Positions 26,387 through 39,990 are shown, numbered from the stretch's first letter. The stretch: DNA of 64,000 nucleotides from Eledone cirrhosa (GCA_964016885.1 OZ024741.1:185690001-185754000), one strand, 5' to 3'. A program made the numbers and translations. Notes: generated by a model from the sequence alone, not told the origin.

Positions 26387-27624
26387 TATATAACAATGTC
26401 AGATTTGAATTCATCACCACCATTAACAGTTCACATCTAGGAATTATCATCCCCCACAGCAACACAGTCTTAGATCAGCTCTTTCCTCTACACAACTCCT
26501 ATTTATCTCTAACCTTATACTCTACAATAACTCTTAGAATTAAGCATAAAGTTACCACCTTTTGATATAACTACTATAGCTTAAGTGTATTATATACAGT
26601 AATGGATATATAATATGTAGAGATATTTAATGTAATATGTAATAATAAATTATATATACATTTATAATTAATGTATAAAGTAATATCATTGTATATAAGG
26701 GATTAACTTTTAACACAATAATGTAAATTATTACACGAATGATATAACTACTTATAACAGCTATAACAGCTATACAATTTTTCCAAAACATATATCTTGT
26801 CCACTAATGAATAGATAACAATCTAAAGAGACCTTTAATGTAGTATAGGAAAATACACTGTATTTAAAATTAGGTATAAACATATAGCATTATATAATAG
26901 AGATTCACTTGTATCGCATTATAATGTGTATTAGAGCAAAGAATTTAAATAATTGAATGTATTAGCTAGTTACCTCCCCTTACGCATTAGCTCCCCTTAA
27001 TCTTGGATCGCATACTCACTTCCGGAAATTAAACCGTTGGAAAAACTACCTGTTGAACAACACTAATCCAGGAATAAGAATACAATAAGACTAATTTAAC
27101 ATCCATTGCTTTAATTAACTTAAAACATTTAATATAAACATTAACTAAAATATAATTCAACATATGTAATGGAAAAGACTGCGGTAACATTGTTTTTCTC
27201 AACACACACAAATTCAAACACTATCAACATATTACATCCGCCATAGGTTTTAATACATTAACATATTTGCTTACCATACAGTATTTACTTATCTATATAT
27301 GCATAATACCTTTGCTTATTTCCTTCTCTATGACTAACGCATGTGCACTTTCTACATGCTTGCATATGTACTGCTAATGTACTATTCCTCTCTTAATGCT
27401 TCTTTCTCTCAATGACTCTTTAATTATTAGACTATTCTCTTGTATTATCTGTTGCATGTATTCCACTCCGTGCTTTTAATTTGAATTATTGTATAATTCT
27501 CGTTCGATATATGTCGCATCCAGTACAGCCTATAAATACGAAACTGTTGCTCACAATATCAATATATATGTATCTATATGATTGTTCAGTTGAATAGGAG
27601 GTTAATTATATGTACAAACATTGA

Positions 27625-27678
27625 TAATGCTCCGATGATTCCAAACAAAAATTTGGAAGAAACGATTGTCAGGTATTA
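27625..27678 (+). ncRNA. Type I hammerhead (family C, CCGAUGA core variant)
   Basis: taatgct CCGATGA ttccaaa caaaaa tttggaa GAAA cgattg TC aggtatta. Confidence 0.7.
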
Positions 27679-29279
27679 AATGATTTGAACGCAACTTTGA
27701 TAATTGTCTAATTTTATTATATATATATATTGTATCATACCTCTGATAATGGACGAATTAATTTCCTCGGAGAAAGATTTCTCGTATAAAATCACTTGCG
27801 TTTTCCACTCCAGATATTTTCGTGTTATTTCGCAGCCAATTTTATATTATTATATTTGTACTTATTTATTCATAATGCTGCTTTACACCCTGTATCTATG
27901 TGTCTGAGCGTCTTTATGTGTGTATACGTTCTGTATATGTACACGAACGCCTCCGTATGCGCGTGTGCGTGCATGTATATATATGCGTATGTATGTGTGT
28001 TTTTATATCTATGTTTTTTACATTCTTATTTTTATGTGCGTGCGTGTAAGCGGGTCAATGTACGTGAATATGTCTGTGTGTATGTGTGTATATATGTATT
28101 GTATGTATAGATGTGTATGTGTGCGTGTATATATATATATATGCAGTCGCGTACGTACGTGGGATTAGATATACATGGGACGATATGTATGTATATGTAT
28201 ACGTGCCTCCTGTGTAAGTATGTACGCATGCATACGCTTTTGTCTGTACGTATTGCGTGTATATATATATTTTCTTATAGATATATGTTTTTATAGATAT
28301 ATGTGTATGTACACGTGTATCTTCTTTTCTTTTCTTTTCTTTTCTTTTCTTTTCTTTTCTTTTCTTTTCTTTTCTTTTCTTTTCTTTTCATTTCTTTTCT
28401 TTTCTTTTCTCTAGTGTTAATTGACTACTTCCTCTTTCATTTAAATATTTTTTCTTTCTCAAATATTGTTTAATTTTTATACATATATCGAGAATGATAC
28501 TTTCTTTTAACTATTACACTCCCTTCCGCCTTTATCTTCCGCATATAAGTGATTGCGCGTGTGTGTGTGTTTATACGCGTGCTTTCATACTCATGTGTAT
28601 CTAATACCTGCTTCTGGATTCGTGTCAACTAGATTATATCCGTATCTGTGGTTACATATACACAAATATACTTGCCCTCATATATGTACTTACGCACACA
28701 TTTTCACCATACACACGCATTTGTACATACATACATATGTACATTTGTGACTGTATATACATACATATACACACACCTAACTATATTTCCTTATATTTTT
28801 TTTATATATTTTATATGTCTATTGCATTACCTTTGTTTATATATATATATATATTTTTTGCATTTCTTGAGGAGACTTTCCAAATATTTCACTATGTTTT
28901 ATATTGCCTTGTCCGACGAACGAATTAGGACGTTTCTTTCGTATTCGTCTTATTCGGGAAACCTCTAGTAATGTTTATTATACATTATATATATATATAT
29001 ATATATAAACAGAGAGAGAGAGAGAGAGAGAGAGGGAGAGGTAGTAACACAACAGTTAGTTCACCATCCGGGGAACAATTGTTTCACCTTAGCGGATCTT
29101 CAGCTCGGACTAGTCATGGTTATACGGAACAGGAAGAACAACCGTATGAACGCGCATGCACAGAAATGGTCAATTTACCCAAGCGATACAAAGCCACGGG
29201 GGAAAGGTGTAAGGGAGATAAATGTTAAAGTCCGGAAAATGTCTTTCAGTTGATTAGAAAATTAGAATGTTGTTGTTAT

Positions 29280-29680
29280 TCAATCCGGATCTTTGTAGTT
29301 ATGCAAGCGGTGTTTCCAGACATGTGGACAACGTGAGAAGATTTCAACACGTGAATTTAGGCACTCGCTATTGCGTAATATCCTTAGAATATTTATTCTT
29401 TCTTCAATACACAGTCCACAAGACGGATTGCCCCTTGCGTATGTCTTGGACTTAGTATTGACTTTCCATTGAATGGAGTAGTCTATACCTGAATCTTTGA
29501 GGGACCATACGTGGCTCGCGAGTTTCGGGGATGATCGTTTTCCCGGGTACCTAAAGGTCGACTGATGGTTCAGGAAGCGTTCCTTAAATCGGCCCTCCGC
29601 CATACCCACATAGGATTTGACATCCTGTGGTTGATTTGGTCGGTTTGAAGTGACCACAGCTTCATAAACTACAGTGTTTC
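29280..29680 (-). pseudogene. Naiad GIY-YIG endonuclease fragment
   Basis: SYVGMAEGRFKERFLNH..LASHVWSLK..W..CGLCIEE..LNSRVEIFSRCPH. Confidence 0.9.
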
Positions 29681-31389
29681 ATTGTTTGTTTGAAGAGTCT
29701 TTATATATGAGTTAAACTATTTTAATGTAATTGATCCTGAACGTTTTTTACTACATTTTAACTGCTACAAAGTGCAGTACATATGAAGCTCTCTTATATT
29801 CATTACACTGCTGAAATTCATTCATTCAACGTAAGAACATGTTAAACTCTCATTTCTTGTTTATTTTTTTTTCTTTCTAGATTGTTGTCTGGATATTTTC
29901 GATAGACACATCGATGTGTTCTGTATGTATGAGAATGTTTTACTTTTCGCTATATATTTTCAGTTTGACATACTGTTATAGCTATTGTATAAATCAACTT
30001 TCGTAATATAATAGCCTGTGTTGCATTGGCACTTTAGGTTTTATAGTTGAACATTAAAGATGGCGACGTCCTTGGCAAATATAAAACCAATCGCAGCTCA
30101 TGTCTTATCTATTTAACTTTTTTTATTGTCCATTTACTCAAAGCTATTTTCTGTAAGATTTTATATATATATATATAGGTTAGAAGAGCAACAAAAACGA
30201 TTTGTACACGAAATAATTTGTTCTAGATATAATTTGCGTAAAGCTGGTTAGACATTTTTATCGAAACTACATTATAATTATATAATTGTTTGTCGTATAA
30301 ACATAATATCCACAACTGACAAAACAGTTTTTTCTTTACTTATATCATTTGAATTTTTGTTTTGCATTTATTATTTTGATTGAGTTACATGCTTCGGTTG
30401 TTTGTGATTTTCTTCGTTTTCAATGTCAATTTTTTAAATATTTGTTTGTATACTTAGAAAAGAAGCATTACGTATAACCATTACCTATACAAATGAAAAA
30501 TATCTAAATATTATTATATAAAATTAGATATCATTTCTTTGATTTTATTAATAAAAGGAGTTTGCTTGACACGTTTGCCATGCCCAAGAGGTTATATCGT
30601 TCCTTTTAGAAAGTTGACAGCTGACAGAGGAAACCGTTACTGTATCAATGTCAAAGTATGTGTCACAGACAACATGTCTGCTTAAATGGCCCCGATTTCC
30701 GTGTATTACAAGGAGTCAAATTACACGACATTTACCAAATAACTACAAAAATAACATATGAGCTTATTTTAAGCAACAATTTAAAAAATGACAACATAAA
30801 TATACAACATATGACATAGACAATACCATTTTATATAAGAACGCAAGAGGTTAAAATGCTTCTGGTTTTAGAATAAAGTGAGTCGCCTAGGGATTGGCAT
30901 TTTTCCTTATTCTTTTCTTGTTGTCATGTTTGCCGTTGTAAATATTTCTAATTTACAAACAGCATAGAAAAAGAGAATGCCATATGTGTAGCTAAATATC
31001 GCATTACAGACATTGAATAATTATTTAAACACTGTGTCTTATCTTAACCTTGCTATGCTAGGAAGGTCCAAAGTCCTATCCATATATATAAGGGTGCATT
31101 CACACAATATATATATATAGTTATACTTGGGGAGGGTCATAGAGTTGTTATATTGCCAGAAATAATAACAGAACACACATTATGTAGATTTCCGAGTAGT
31201 GTTGGGAGTGGGGAGCCACAGTTATAATAAGGTACTCAATACGTTAGTAGAAGATGGGTAATTTTTTATATTTTATATAGAAATGACTACTAAAGAAAAA
31301 ATAAATATTTCATAATAAATAACCAGGAAAGACGTTGGTGATGATTTCATACGAATAAACAAGTTTTATTCCCATAGAAGACATCTTAA

Positions 31390-31431
<42 letters not shown>

Positions 31432-31463
31432 CTTCAGACATAGCTGTATACAGATATGTATAG

Positions 31464-31652
31464 AAATTTCGTATTTCTAAAAAAACACGGTATGTCTACA
31501 GGAAACATTTATGGAAGCCGTAGATATGCAAGCACCGGGGCTAACGCCCTCTGATGCTGTTGTCCAGTAGAAGCAATGGGGCGACGGATGTTCCACTTGG
31601 TTCCTAAATGTTTCCTGTAAACATACCGTGTTTCTTTAGAAATACGAAATTT
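31464..31652. repeat. Small inverted-arm element (~50-bp arms) between microsatellites
   Basis: aaatttcgtatttctaaaaaaacacggtatgtctacaggaaacattta / taaatgtttcctgtaaacataccgtgtttctttagaaatacgaaattt. Confidence 0.85.
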
Positions 31653-31655
31653 TTG

Positions 31656-31714
<59 letters not shown>

Positions 31715-31745
31715 AGATCAAAAGATGGTTAAAGGAGTTCAATAT

Positions 31746-31814
31746 ATTTTATTATGCGCATTTCAAAAACAAACATCATCAAACAATAATATTTGTGTTT
31801 TCATCAGATAAAAC
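31746..31814 (-). ncRNA. Type I hammerhead (family A), left arm
   Basis: tcatcag at 31801-31807; tatgcgcatttc at 31753-31764. Confidence 0.83.
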
Positions 31815-32020
31815 AGGAGAACATGATATGAAGGCTAAAAAAACACTTGTTGATAGTGCAGTTTTAAATCAACATATGAAAAGTGGTTTTAGATTGATGT
31901 GTGATATTGGGAAAAATATTTTTCCCAATATCACACATCAATCTAAAACCACTTTTCATATGTTGATTTAAAACTGCACTATCAACAAGTGTTTTTTTAG
32001 CCTTCATATCATGTTCTCCT

Positions 32021-32089
32021 GTTTTATCTGATGAAAACACAAATATTATTGTTTGATGATGTTTGTTTTTGAAATGCGCATAATAAAAT
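32021..32089 (+). ncRNA. Type I hammerhead (family A), right arm
   Basis: gttttat CTGATGA .. GAAA tgcgca TA ataaaat. Confidence 0.83.
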
Positions 32090-32211
32090 ATATTGAACTC
32101 CTTTAACCATCTTTTGATCTTATATTATGCATACTCCAGTCCCACAAACTGTAGAGTGCTTCTTATCCGATATCTGCATTGCTTTATTGTACTACAATAA
32201 AACTCACCTCC

Positions 32212-32284
<73 letters not shown>

Positions 32285-32295
32285 AAATGTAGCAG

Positions 32296-32330
<35 letters not shown>

Positions 32331-32345
32331 AAGAACCATATATCC

Positions 32346-32660
32346 AGAGAAGACACAGTATATTGTACATATACTAAATACATATTAGAGAAGGACATGT
32401 ATTCAAGAATGAACAAAAAGAGACCTTATGGTACCATTTCGTTAACTGTAAACTGATTTAAAATCCATTTATGTGAACTATCGATTAAAATTAAACCAGA
32501 GCATACCCAAAAAACTCACTGTAGCTTAATCTTAATCGATAGTTTTTTATCGATATCTAAAATGGTGCTATAAGGTCTCTCTCTATTGATTCCATCTTGA
32601 ATACATGTTCTTCTTTGTAATATGTATTTAGTATATGTACAATATACTGTGTCTCCTCTG
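32346..32660. mobile_element. Inverted-arm element (~95-bp arms); related copy at ~34715-34840
   Basis: gacacagtatattgtacatatactaaatacatatta / taatatgtatttagtatatgtacaatatactgtgtc. Minus strand GAAA-UGGUACCA-UA-AGGUCUC resembles a hammerhead 3' half. Confidence 0.75.
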
Positions 32661-32694
32661 TATACGCGGTTCTTTCTCTCTCTCCCTCTCTCTG

Positions 32695-32768
<74 letters not shown>

Positions 32769-32912
32769 AAACAAAATGTTAAACAAGGTTCATTGATTAT
32801 TCAATGAATACAGTTTTACAATAGATTAAAAGCACTCAACAGTGACATTTTCTGCAGTTATTAATATTATTCAAAATATTAATAAATGGAGAGATTCACA
32901 TAATCAAAATAT

Positions 32913-32982
32913 ATGTTTTATTACATATATTTCGGAGGTACTGTGCTGTTTTTTCAGTACGTCCTCATCAGATAAAATACAT
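32913..32982 (-). ncRNA. Type I hammerhead ribozyme (family D)
   Basis: AUGUAUUUUAU-CUGAUGA-GGACGUACUG..CAGUACCUCC-GAAA-UAUAUG-UA^-AUAAAACAU. Confidence 0.87.
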
Positions 32983-33165
32983 AAATTGATGTATGACATA
33001 CCTCAACTGTGCTGATGGTTCAATTCCAGTCTTGGCAGTGATTTATTACAACAAAACTCAATATTTATATACCACAAGTAAGAGTATGGCAAACTAAATA
33101 TGATGGAGAGGGATAAGTAGCGAGAAATAAGTATTAGGAGGGGGTGAGTAGGAGAAAGTATAGAA

Positions 33166-33200
<35 letters not shown>

Positions 33201-33396
33201 ACATATAAGTATGAGAATGTTAAATATTTAAATATGTAAATATCTGTGTTAGAGAAAAAGACAAATAGAGAGAGAGAGAGTGCTAAATAGAAGATAAAAG
33301 AGAAAAAGATAAAAAGATGAAGATAAAAGGAAGGGAGAGGGAGTTAGAGATGATACAATATATAACTGGATAAGGAAAAGAGATAAAAGGATAAAA

Positions 33397-33432
<36 letters not shown>

Positions 33433-33623
33433 AGAAAGGGACATGATGCGTGACCGTTTTTTTTTCAAATATTAGTTATATCTCGCTACTTATCCCTCTC
33501 CATCATATTTAGTTTGCCACACTCTTACTTGTGGTATATAAATATTGGGTTTTGTTGTAATAAATAACTGTCAAGACTGGAATTGAACCATCAGCACAGT
33601 TGAGATATGTCATGCATCAATTT

Positions 33624-33693
33624 ATGTATTTTATCTGATGAGGACGTACTGAAATAACAGCACACTACTTCCGAAATATATATAATAAAACAT
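33624..33693 (+). ncRNA. Type I hammerhead ribozyme (family D)
   Basis: atgtattttat CTGATGA gga..tcc GAAA tatata TA ataaaacat. Confidence 0.83.
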
Positions 33694-33730
33694 TTTGATT
33701 ATGTGAATGTATCTATTTATTAATATTTAG

Positions 33731-33819
<89 letters not shown>

Positions 33820-33988
33820 TAAACGGAATAGAAAATGCTGACAAATTGTTCACAGTTGAAAAATGGTTTAATTAGGAATAAAAGAGTATTAGTGATTGTT
33901 GTGGTTTTAAGTTTTTAAGTTTTTACCGGTTGCGCATTTCTAAATGCTTTTCAAAAATAATTTTGAGATAGAGTGTCCGTGCTGTTTG

Positions 33989-34086
<98 letters not shown>

Positions 34087-34294
34087 TTAAAACAATGAAA
34101 TAAAAAATCAAGTTCTCAGAGATATACTTCACTGCTTTACGATCGTTTCTAGATGGTGATAAAACATTGTATCTATACTCAGTTATTGATCTATGTAAGT
34201 TTACAAACTATCAGATAGAGAGAATATTTACTTACATGCATATCACCAGCTGTTTTCAAAAGCAGAATAGACCCCACAACTTACAGTGGATACC

Positions 34295-34348
<54 letters not shown>

Positions 34349-35469
34349 TACATATATCTGCTACTTTTGACTTAATGATGGTCTGGATATTCTCTATTGA
34401 GCTAATTTATTGAGAGCACATAATTCTAACATATGTAATGTTACATTTGTATAAAACAACTACTTGTTGAGCAGGTGTGACTATAATTTACGCTCCTATT
34501 TCTAGCGGAATAAATGTCCACTTCTTGTTGATACGTCTTGCCTAAGGTTTAACGTCGTCGTCGTCGTAGTTACACCATTTGGTTTTCAACATGGTGTCGC
34601 GTGTTAAACTTCTCTCCGGGTATCTGCAAGTATATTGCTCCATATAGTACTTTGTTGCTTCTATTTTCCATTAGAAGGTTAAAGACTATACCCTTGACCA
34701 GTTTTCTGAGTGTGCTGTAGTTAATCTTAATCGATAGTTTGTTATTAATATCCGTTCACATAGATCGATTTTAAATCGCAGTTTACAGTTAACGAAATGT
34801 CGCCATAATGTCTCTTTTGATTCCATCTTGAATACAGGTCCATCGGCCGTTGAGATGGACTTGGGCCGTTACGATTCCCACTAACGGTCTGCTGGTCCAC
34901 CCGGAGCAACAGTGGCTGACACAAGCCAAAACGCTGCCCAGCGGAGTAATAAACAAGATAAAACAATACTTTATAACAGTTAAGCTATAACAAGTACACT
35001 TAAAATGTTATGTAACTTCAGGCAGAAGGTATTGTGCTATTTATAGTACGAAAGTCTCATGAGTGAAACAAGGGGAAAGAAAGAAAAAGGATGAAAAAAG
35101 GTAATACATCGTGTTCGAAATGTAAGCCATTGAAATAAATGGGGGAAGAAGAAAGAACACATTCATCATAGATATAAACTTGTCAATGATAAACGTCTCC
35201 AGTGTCATGATAAACGCTTTAAGAGACGAGACAAAACAATAACTTATATCGTATTTCTCGGCGCCGAAAACCCTTCGTCCTCCAGGACGCACCTAATTTT
35301 GACAACCAAAGATTTGAAAAAAAATAATAAACAACCTTCGGCCTCCAGGACGCATGGTAGATTTTTGAGACTTATTTTATGTGACATAAAATTGAAAGTA
35401 AGATAGTAGGTCGATTTATATAATTTTTCCTTTCTGTTATTCTGAAAAGAGAACTAGTTTGTCGGCTCT

Positions 35470-35745
35470 ATATCTTGCGCTGATTTTGTGCATGGAGTTC
35501 GGACAACGTTTGAAGAGTGTGTTCAAATAATATCTCATAGGTCTCTGAGATACCCGAACCACAGACTTTATACCCACCCATGTATGAGTGCGTCCCCTGG
35601 AGTATTTTCCATTTGTTAAGTCTTGTAAAGGACTGGTTGTGGATGTATCCCTTTGAGATATTTAGGTTGGCTCTGTATCTAGCTAAATTAGGTATTTTTG
35701 AGTAGGAAAGTCTAATAACATTCCTGTTAAAGATTCTGTAGTAGA
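35470..35745 (-). pseudogene. Probable Naiad linker-region fragment
   Basis: IYYRIFNRNVIRLSYSKIPNL resembles HIYSKIFNKHTIKFSYSTSSNI of the 17432-19661 protein. Confidence 0.55.
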
Positions 35746-35749
35746 TGTT

Positions 35750-36545
35750 CTTTCTTTTCTCTGCTTTTACGCCTACAACCCTTCTGCTCACCGGGAAGCA
35801 GATTTCTCCCTCTAAGTGGGTATACATATATTCAGCTAATATTCTTTTCAGGAGCTTCCACATCATAGAGACATGTAATTGGTCTGAAATTTTAAACTTC
35901 GTTACCCTTATTTTCTTCTTTCAGTTTCAAACATGTGAGTCCTTTAATCATCCATTTTGGTGTTTCTCCAGAACTACATCTAGCTGCAGTTATTACTTCA
36001 TGTACTTTGCAGAAGTTTTTTAATCAGTTTCAATTTACATGCTCTGGTCCACCTGCTTTCAATTTTGGCATCTTTCACAACTGGGTTTTCACCACCTCTT
36101 TTGTTATTTTGATGCTTTCTTACACCTACGACCTGTTTCCCAACCTTTTTATACAATCGGCTTTCTCATTGTGTTGAACAGATTTGCTCCAAATGTTTGT
36201 TTTCTTTTCCAAAAAACAATGCGCTCTCCTACATCTACTCTTACATCAGTGTTCCATTCGATTCCTTCCGGTCTCTCAAACAATTGTTTTTGATTGGTTT
36301 GAAAGAGTCTATTCTGCAAGTATTGGTTACTTCTTTCTTTGTATATCTTTACTTTTGTAGATGTTGCTTTTATTCGTTTCTTTACCTCCTCCGCCACTGC
36401 ATTCATTCCCTTATTCTTCACAAGATATTGTCTTTCTAGTACTCCATTTTTCATTGGTTCTGTTACCTTCCAATTTCCAATCCCCCTTGTTTGCTTAGAT
36501 CCTTCCTTAATTGTGTAACACTGTCCAGTGTCCTTCTCTTTCACC
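35750..36545 (-). mobile_element. Degraded R4/Dong-type LINE fragment (pre-RT and RT start)
   Basis: EEVKKRIKATSTKVKIYKERSNQYLQNRLFQTNQKQLF and MWKLL..ILAEYMYTHL align with the 60780-63872 protein. Confidence 0.75.
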
Positions 36546-36742
36546 GTGGTTGCCTGGTATATATATTAAGTTATTATTTTAATTGTTTAGAGGCGAAAGT
36601 GGCAAATATATTCACCAGGTGATTTCACAAAATATTGGATAACATTTTGAAAAGGAAATGTGTAACACATCGAGTTAGAATAAAGAAACGGCTATAAGAA
36701 ATAACACATTGGTTATGTAGCAAATATTACGAATACAATATT

Positions 36743-36932
36743 ATTGTTTCTACCTTTTGGCACAAGGCCAGCAATTATCACAGTGCATTACTGGTACTTT
36801 ATTTTATCGACCCCTTAAGGATGAAAGGCAAAGTTAACCTTGGCAGGATTTGAAATCAGACTGCAAAGGAGAGTAACTCTATGCTGCAAAGCATGGCGTC
36901 CGATCCTCTACCGATACTGCCAATCCACCGCC
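36743..36932 (-). mobile_element. Full-length tRNA-derived SINE
   Basis: Minus strand ggcggtggattggcagtatcggtagagg (A-box-like)..gatttcaaatcc (B-box)..core..gtagaaacaat. Confidence 0.9.
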
Positions 36933-37643
36933 ATATGAACACAATATAATGTTATTCAAACAAAGTGGATGAGAATGTAAGATGATACTTACTAGAAGAA
37001 GTTTTCAATAATACCTATGGCTGCGATAAAACGTTAAGTTGATATTATCTGGATGAGGTAATTTTAATATATTGAAGTTTGAGATTAGCTGAGATTTTTC
37101 TGAATATTCAGGACTCAGAAATTATATAATGTTGATCAGATGTATTTTTTTTTTTTATTAGTTAAGCTTTAAAAGATGCAATATTTGTATTTCAACAAAA
37201 CTCTAGATTTCAAGACCATACATATTTTTGCATATCATGGATATATTATCATTGTGTTTTTGGAATGTGAAACTAGAAGATGTCTACAACACAATAAGAG
37301 TTGTTGACGTCAACTATTTATATTCCGGTGTTCATTATTATATTGAAGTATGAGGTCAGAAATCGTTGTGTTAGATTTGGAATATGATAAGGGGTGAATA
37401 TAAAAAAATAAAAATAAAAATAAAATAAACGAGTTCTTTATGTTATTATGTTGAGAGGAATGACAATGGGAGGAGATTTCCATGCAATATGAATGCCATA
37501 ATCTAAGGGAATTAAAAGAAAATGTAAGAAAATGATCTGTAACATCTCTCATCGTGCGCGCAATGTTGACGACAACTTCAACAACAAAGATAATACGTCA
37601 TTAATGTGGATATAAGTTGTAACGATGAAAGAATGGCATTTAA

Positions 37644-37980
37644 CTAATGTATTGGTACGCGATGGGGCCCACCGACAGTCCCGGCGGACAGAATGGAGAA
37701 GGCGTTTCCCCGGAGGACGGCAAGGGAGACGCGCTGGAAAAGCCACTCCAACTCGCGGGGCTCACACCTGCGGCTGGCCAGCTCAGCGCCTATGGTGGTG
37801 AGTAAGGAGGTAGCCCTGGGGCCGAGGACACCAGAAGTTTCCACTGCCAGGGGAATGACCGCAAACATGTCGGAGAGCGATCAGTATTTGAGAAGTTTGG
37901 CCCCCTCAGCCCGACGTGCAGCAGAACCTGGGTCAGTCGCAGACTGCACCAGGTTGCGGCTGCAGAAAGTATCGGTGCAA
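37644..37980 (-). mobile_element. CRE-like non-LTR retrotransposon C-terminal RLE fragment
   Basis: AARRAEGAKLLKY..IPLAVETSGVLGP..LFQRVSLAVLRGNA; GC-rich island. Confidence 0.75.
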
Positions 37981-38159
37981 TAACAAATACGCTGATTATG
38001 AGGATGATGATTATGTTGATGTTGATGGTGATGATAATGATGCTGCGGGTGATGCGCATGGCGACAGCAACGTCAATGATGAGTATGATGCTGTTACTGA
38101 TAAGAATCGTTTCTCCCTTGTTTCACCTTTGTTTTTTGTGTGTGACTCGTTAAGTTCCA

Positions 38160-39990
38160 ATCACGCGGATCCTGCCAGAAGCAACGGTCTCTAACTGATC
38201 CGGTTAGATACCAGCACGAGACCAGGTCAAGCTCATGGATGTTATCCAACGATCTTGCTCGGGGTTTACCCATGGGTATCCTGACGATAATTTATATCCA
38301 GTGATTGTTTCCTGAGACATACTAACCACATGCCCGTAGGATCGGAGCTGTGAACTCTCAATTCCGAGGGGTAACGGCTCAACTTGGAAAGACTCTCTGA
38401 TCTGCTAGCAACTCTATCGAGTATCGTTACTATAAAGGCCCTTCGGATGAAACACATTTCAGCCGCTTGATTCGGGATCATATGCTTACCCAAGATACAT
38501 GGCTATAAGTAAGTATTGGCACGAATATCGAATTGAAGATAATGAGCTTAGCTTTTATGCCTAACTCCATTTTTTAAATTACTTCATGCTGAAGCTGGCG
38601 CATTACGGCTGCACCAGCTCCAGCAATTCTTGCCCTTAATTCAGCCTCCTGTATTCCATCATTATTAAACACGGCCCTGGGATGCTTGAACTTCTCTACC
38701 TGGTACAGTGGAACCACATTTACATGTAAAGTGCACTCCGCAGGCTCCATTGAGAAGACGAGTGTCTATGTTTTACGCAGCACTGATTTTCATTCCAGCC
38801 ATGCAGCACTAGGCAACAAACTTATCGTGTGCAAGTCGGAGATCGCTTTCTGTCGGGTTAAGTAACAATATGTCACCTGCAAATTCCAGCCGAGTGTCTG
38901 TACACCCACCAGTCGTGATACCACTTCCAACCCTGCTGTCCATGCCAGTCCGGTTCATGTAAATAATGGCCAGGAGAGGTGACAGAACGCACCGTTGGCG
39001 GAGTCCGACTCCCACATTTAATGGTTTTGATATAGCACCATTTATCCGAACACAAATAATCGGGCATTCGTATAGAGACATGGCAGGAAGAAGTTGATCA
39101 TCGATCCCATATGCCTACAGAATCTTCCTTAGTATGGACGCGGTCATATGCCTTCTCAACGTCGACAAAACACGAATATACCTCTTGGTCATGCTCCTAC
39201 GATTTCTCGAAGACCTGCCACTGTGTGAATATTTGGTCGGCTGTGCGGCGTCCGTGGCAAAAACTAAACTGTTTATCAGTTAGCCTGGACTCGACAATCT
39301 CCTTGCATCTCTTTGCAGCAGGACACTTAGCACAGACTTTGTCTAGGGCGTGTAAAATTCCCGAGATCCACGGACGAGTTCTCTCCAGCGGTCCCTGTCC
39401 CTCATTACCGTTGTCATGTCCTACGTCTCCAAGAGACCAGTATCTGCCCTTAGAGCATCAACATATGTTACCTCGGTCTTCCTCTTCCAGTGTTTCCATG
39501 CAGGGGATCCCACAGGAGCACTGAGTGCAGTGTCAACTCTGGATGTTGGTGAGCATGTCCAACTAACCTCAGTCTCCTCTGTGTCACTTTCCAGCTGACT
39601 TTTGGGAGACTCCCATAGAGCTCTGAGTTCTTCATGCTCAGTCTATACTGATTAATGTATACTGATTGGTGTATACATTAGTGTATACTGATTAGTGTAT
39701 ACTGATTAATGGTCAGTGTCCAAGTCTCAGTACTTTGTCAAATCCGCGCAAACTACGCTTTTTTAGAAGTTGCCTTTACTCGCCTCGTCGTAGCTACGTC
39801 ACTGAGTTGTGAGTTTTCTTGGAAGCTACAGGTGAGACCCATTGTTCCATCTACTCTAGCAGTTTACTCCTGTTGGTCTTGCTTATTCGTAAGACTGTGG
39901 CCCGCTTATATCACAACTAGCCAACATATCTGGTGGCCGTATCACTATCCGCCACCTGCGACCCCTTCTCTAGCAGAACAGCTCCACTGA
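38160..39990 (-). mobile_element. Degenerate RTE-clade LINE, apparently lacking the APE domain
   Basis: VRINGAISKPLNVGVGLRQRCVLSPLL..LEFAGDILLL; homologous to 2571-4222. Confidence 0.85.

Larger units (their letters stand above)
25599..27720. mobile_element. 5'-truncated Naiad PLE (+) with an inverted terminal segment (-)
   Basis: 25599-25793 is the reverse complement of 27529-27720; GIY-YIG coding fragment between the arms. Confidence 0.88.
31707..32216. mobile_element. PLE pLTR fold-back: 422-bp spacerless palindrome (31707-32128) plus 88-bp extension, in (TA)n
   Basis: Arms are exact reverse complements by eye, centre 31917/31918; homologous to 19746-20046. Confidence 0.93.
32865..33736. 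mobile_element. Head-to-head non-coding PLE-terminus pair (~265-bp arms) in (TA)n
   Basis: 32865-33133 is the reverse complement of 33473-33736. Confidence 0.9.

Noticed and set aside
28913-28970. CCGACGA..GAAA hammerhead candidate
   Set aside because: Stem II is plausible but stem I does not pair; not listed as a feature.
34138-34225. GAAA-CGAUCG-UA motif shared in inverted form with ~47245-47330
   Set aside because: Looks like a hammerhead 3' half, but no intact CUGANGA with a pairing stem I.
35268-35385. Possible pogo/mariner-type terminal fragment with duplicated cctccaggacgca
   Set aside because: No matching second terminus found.
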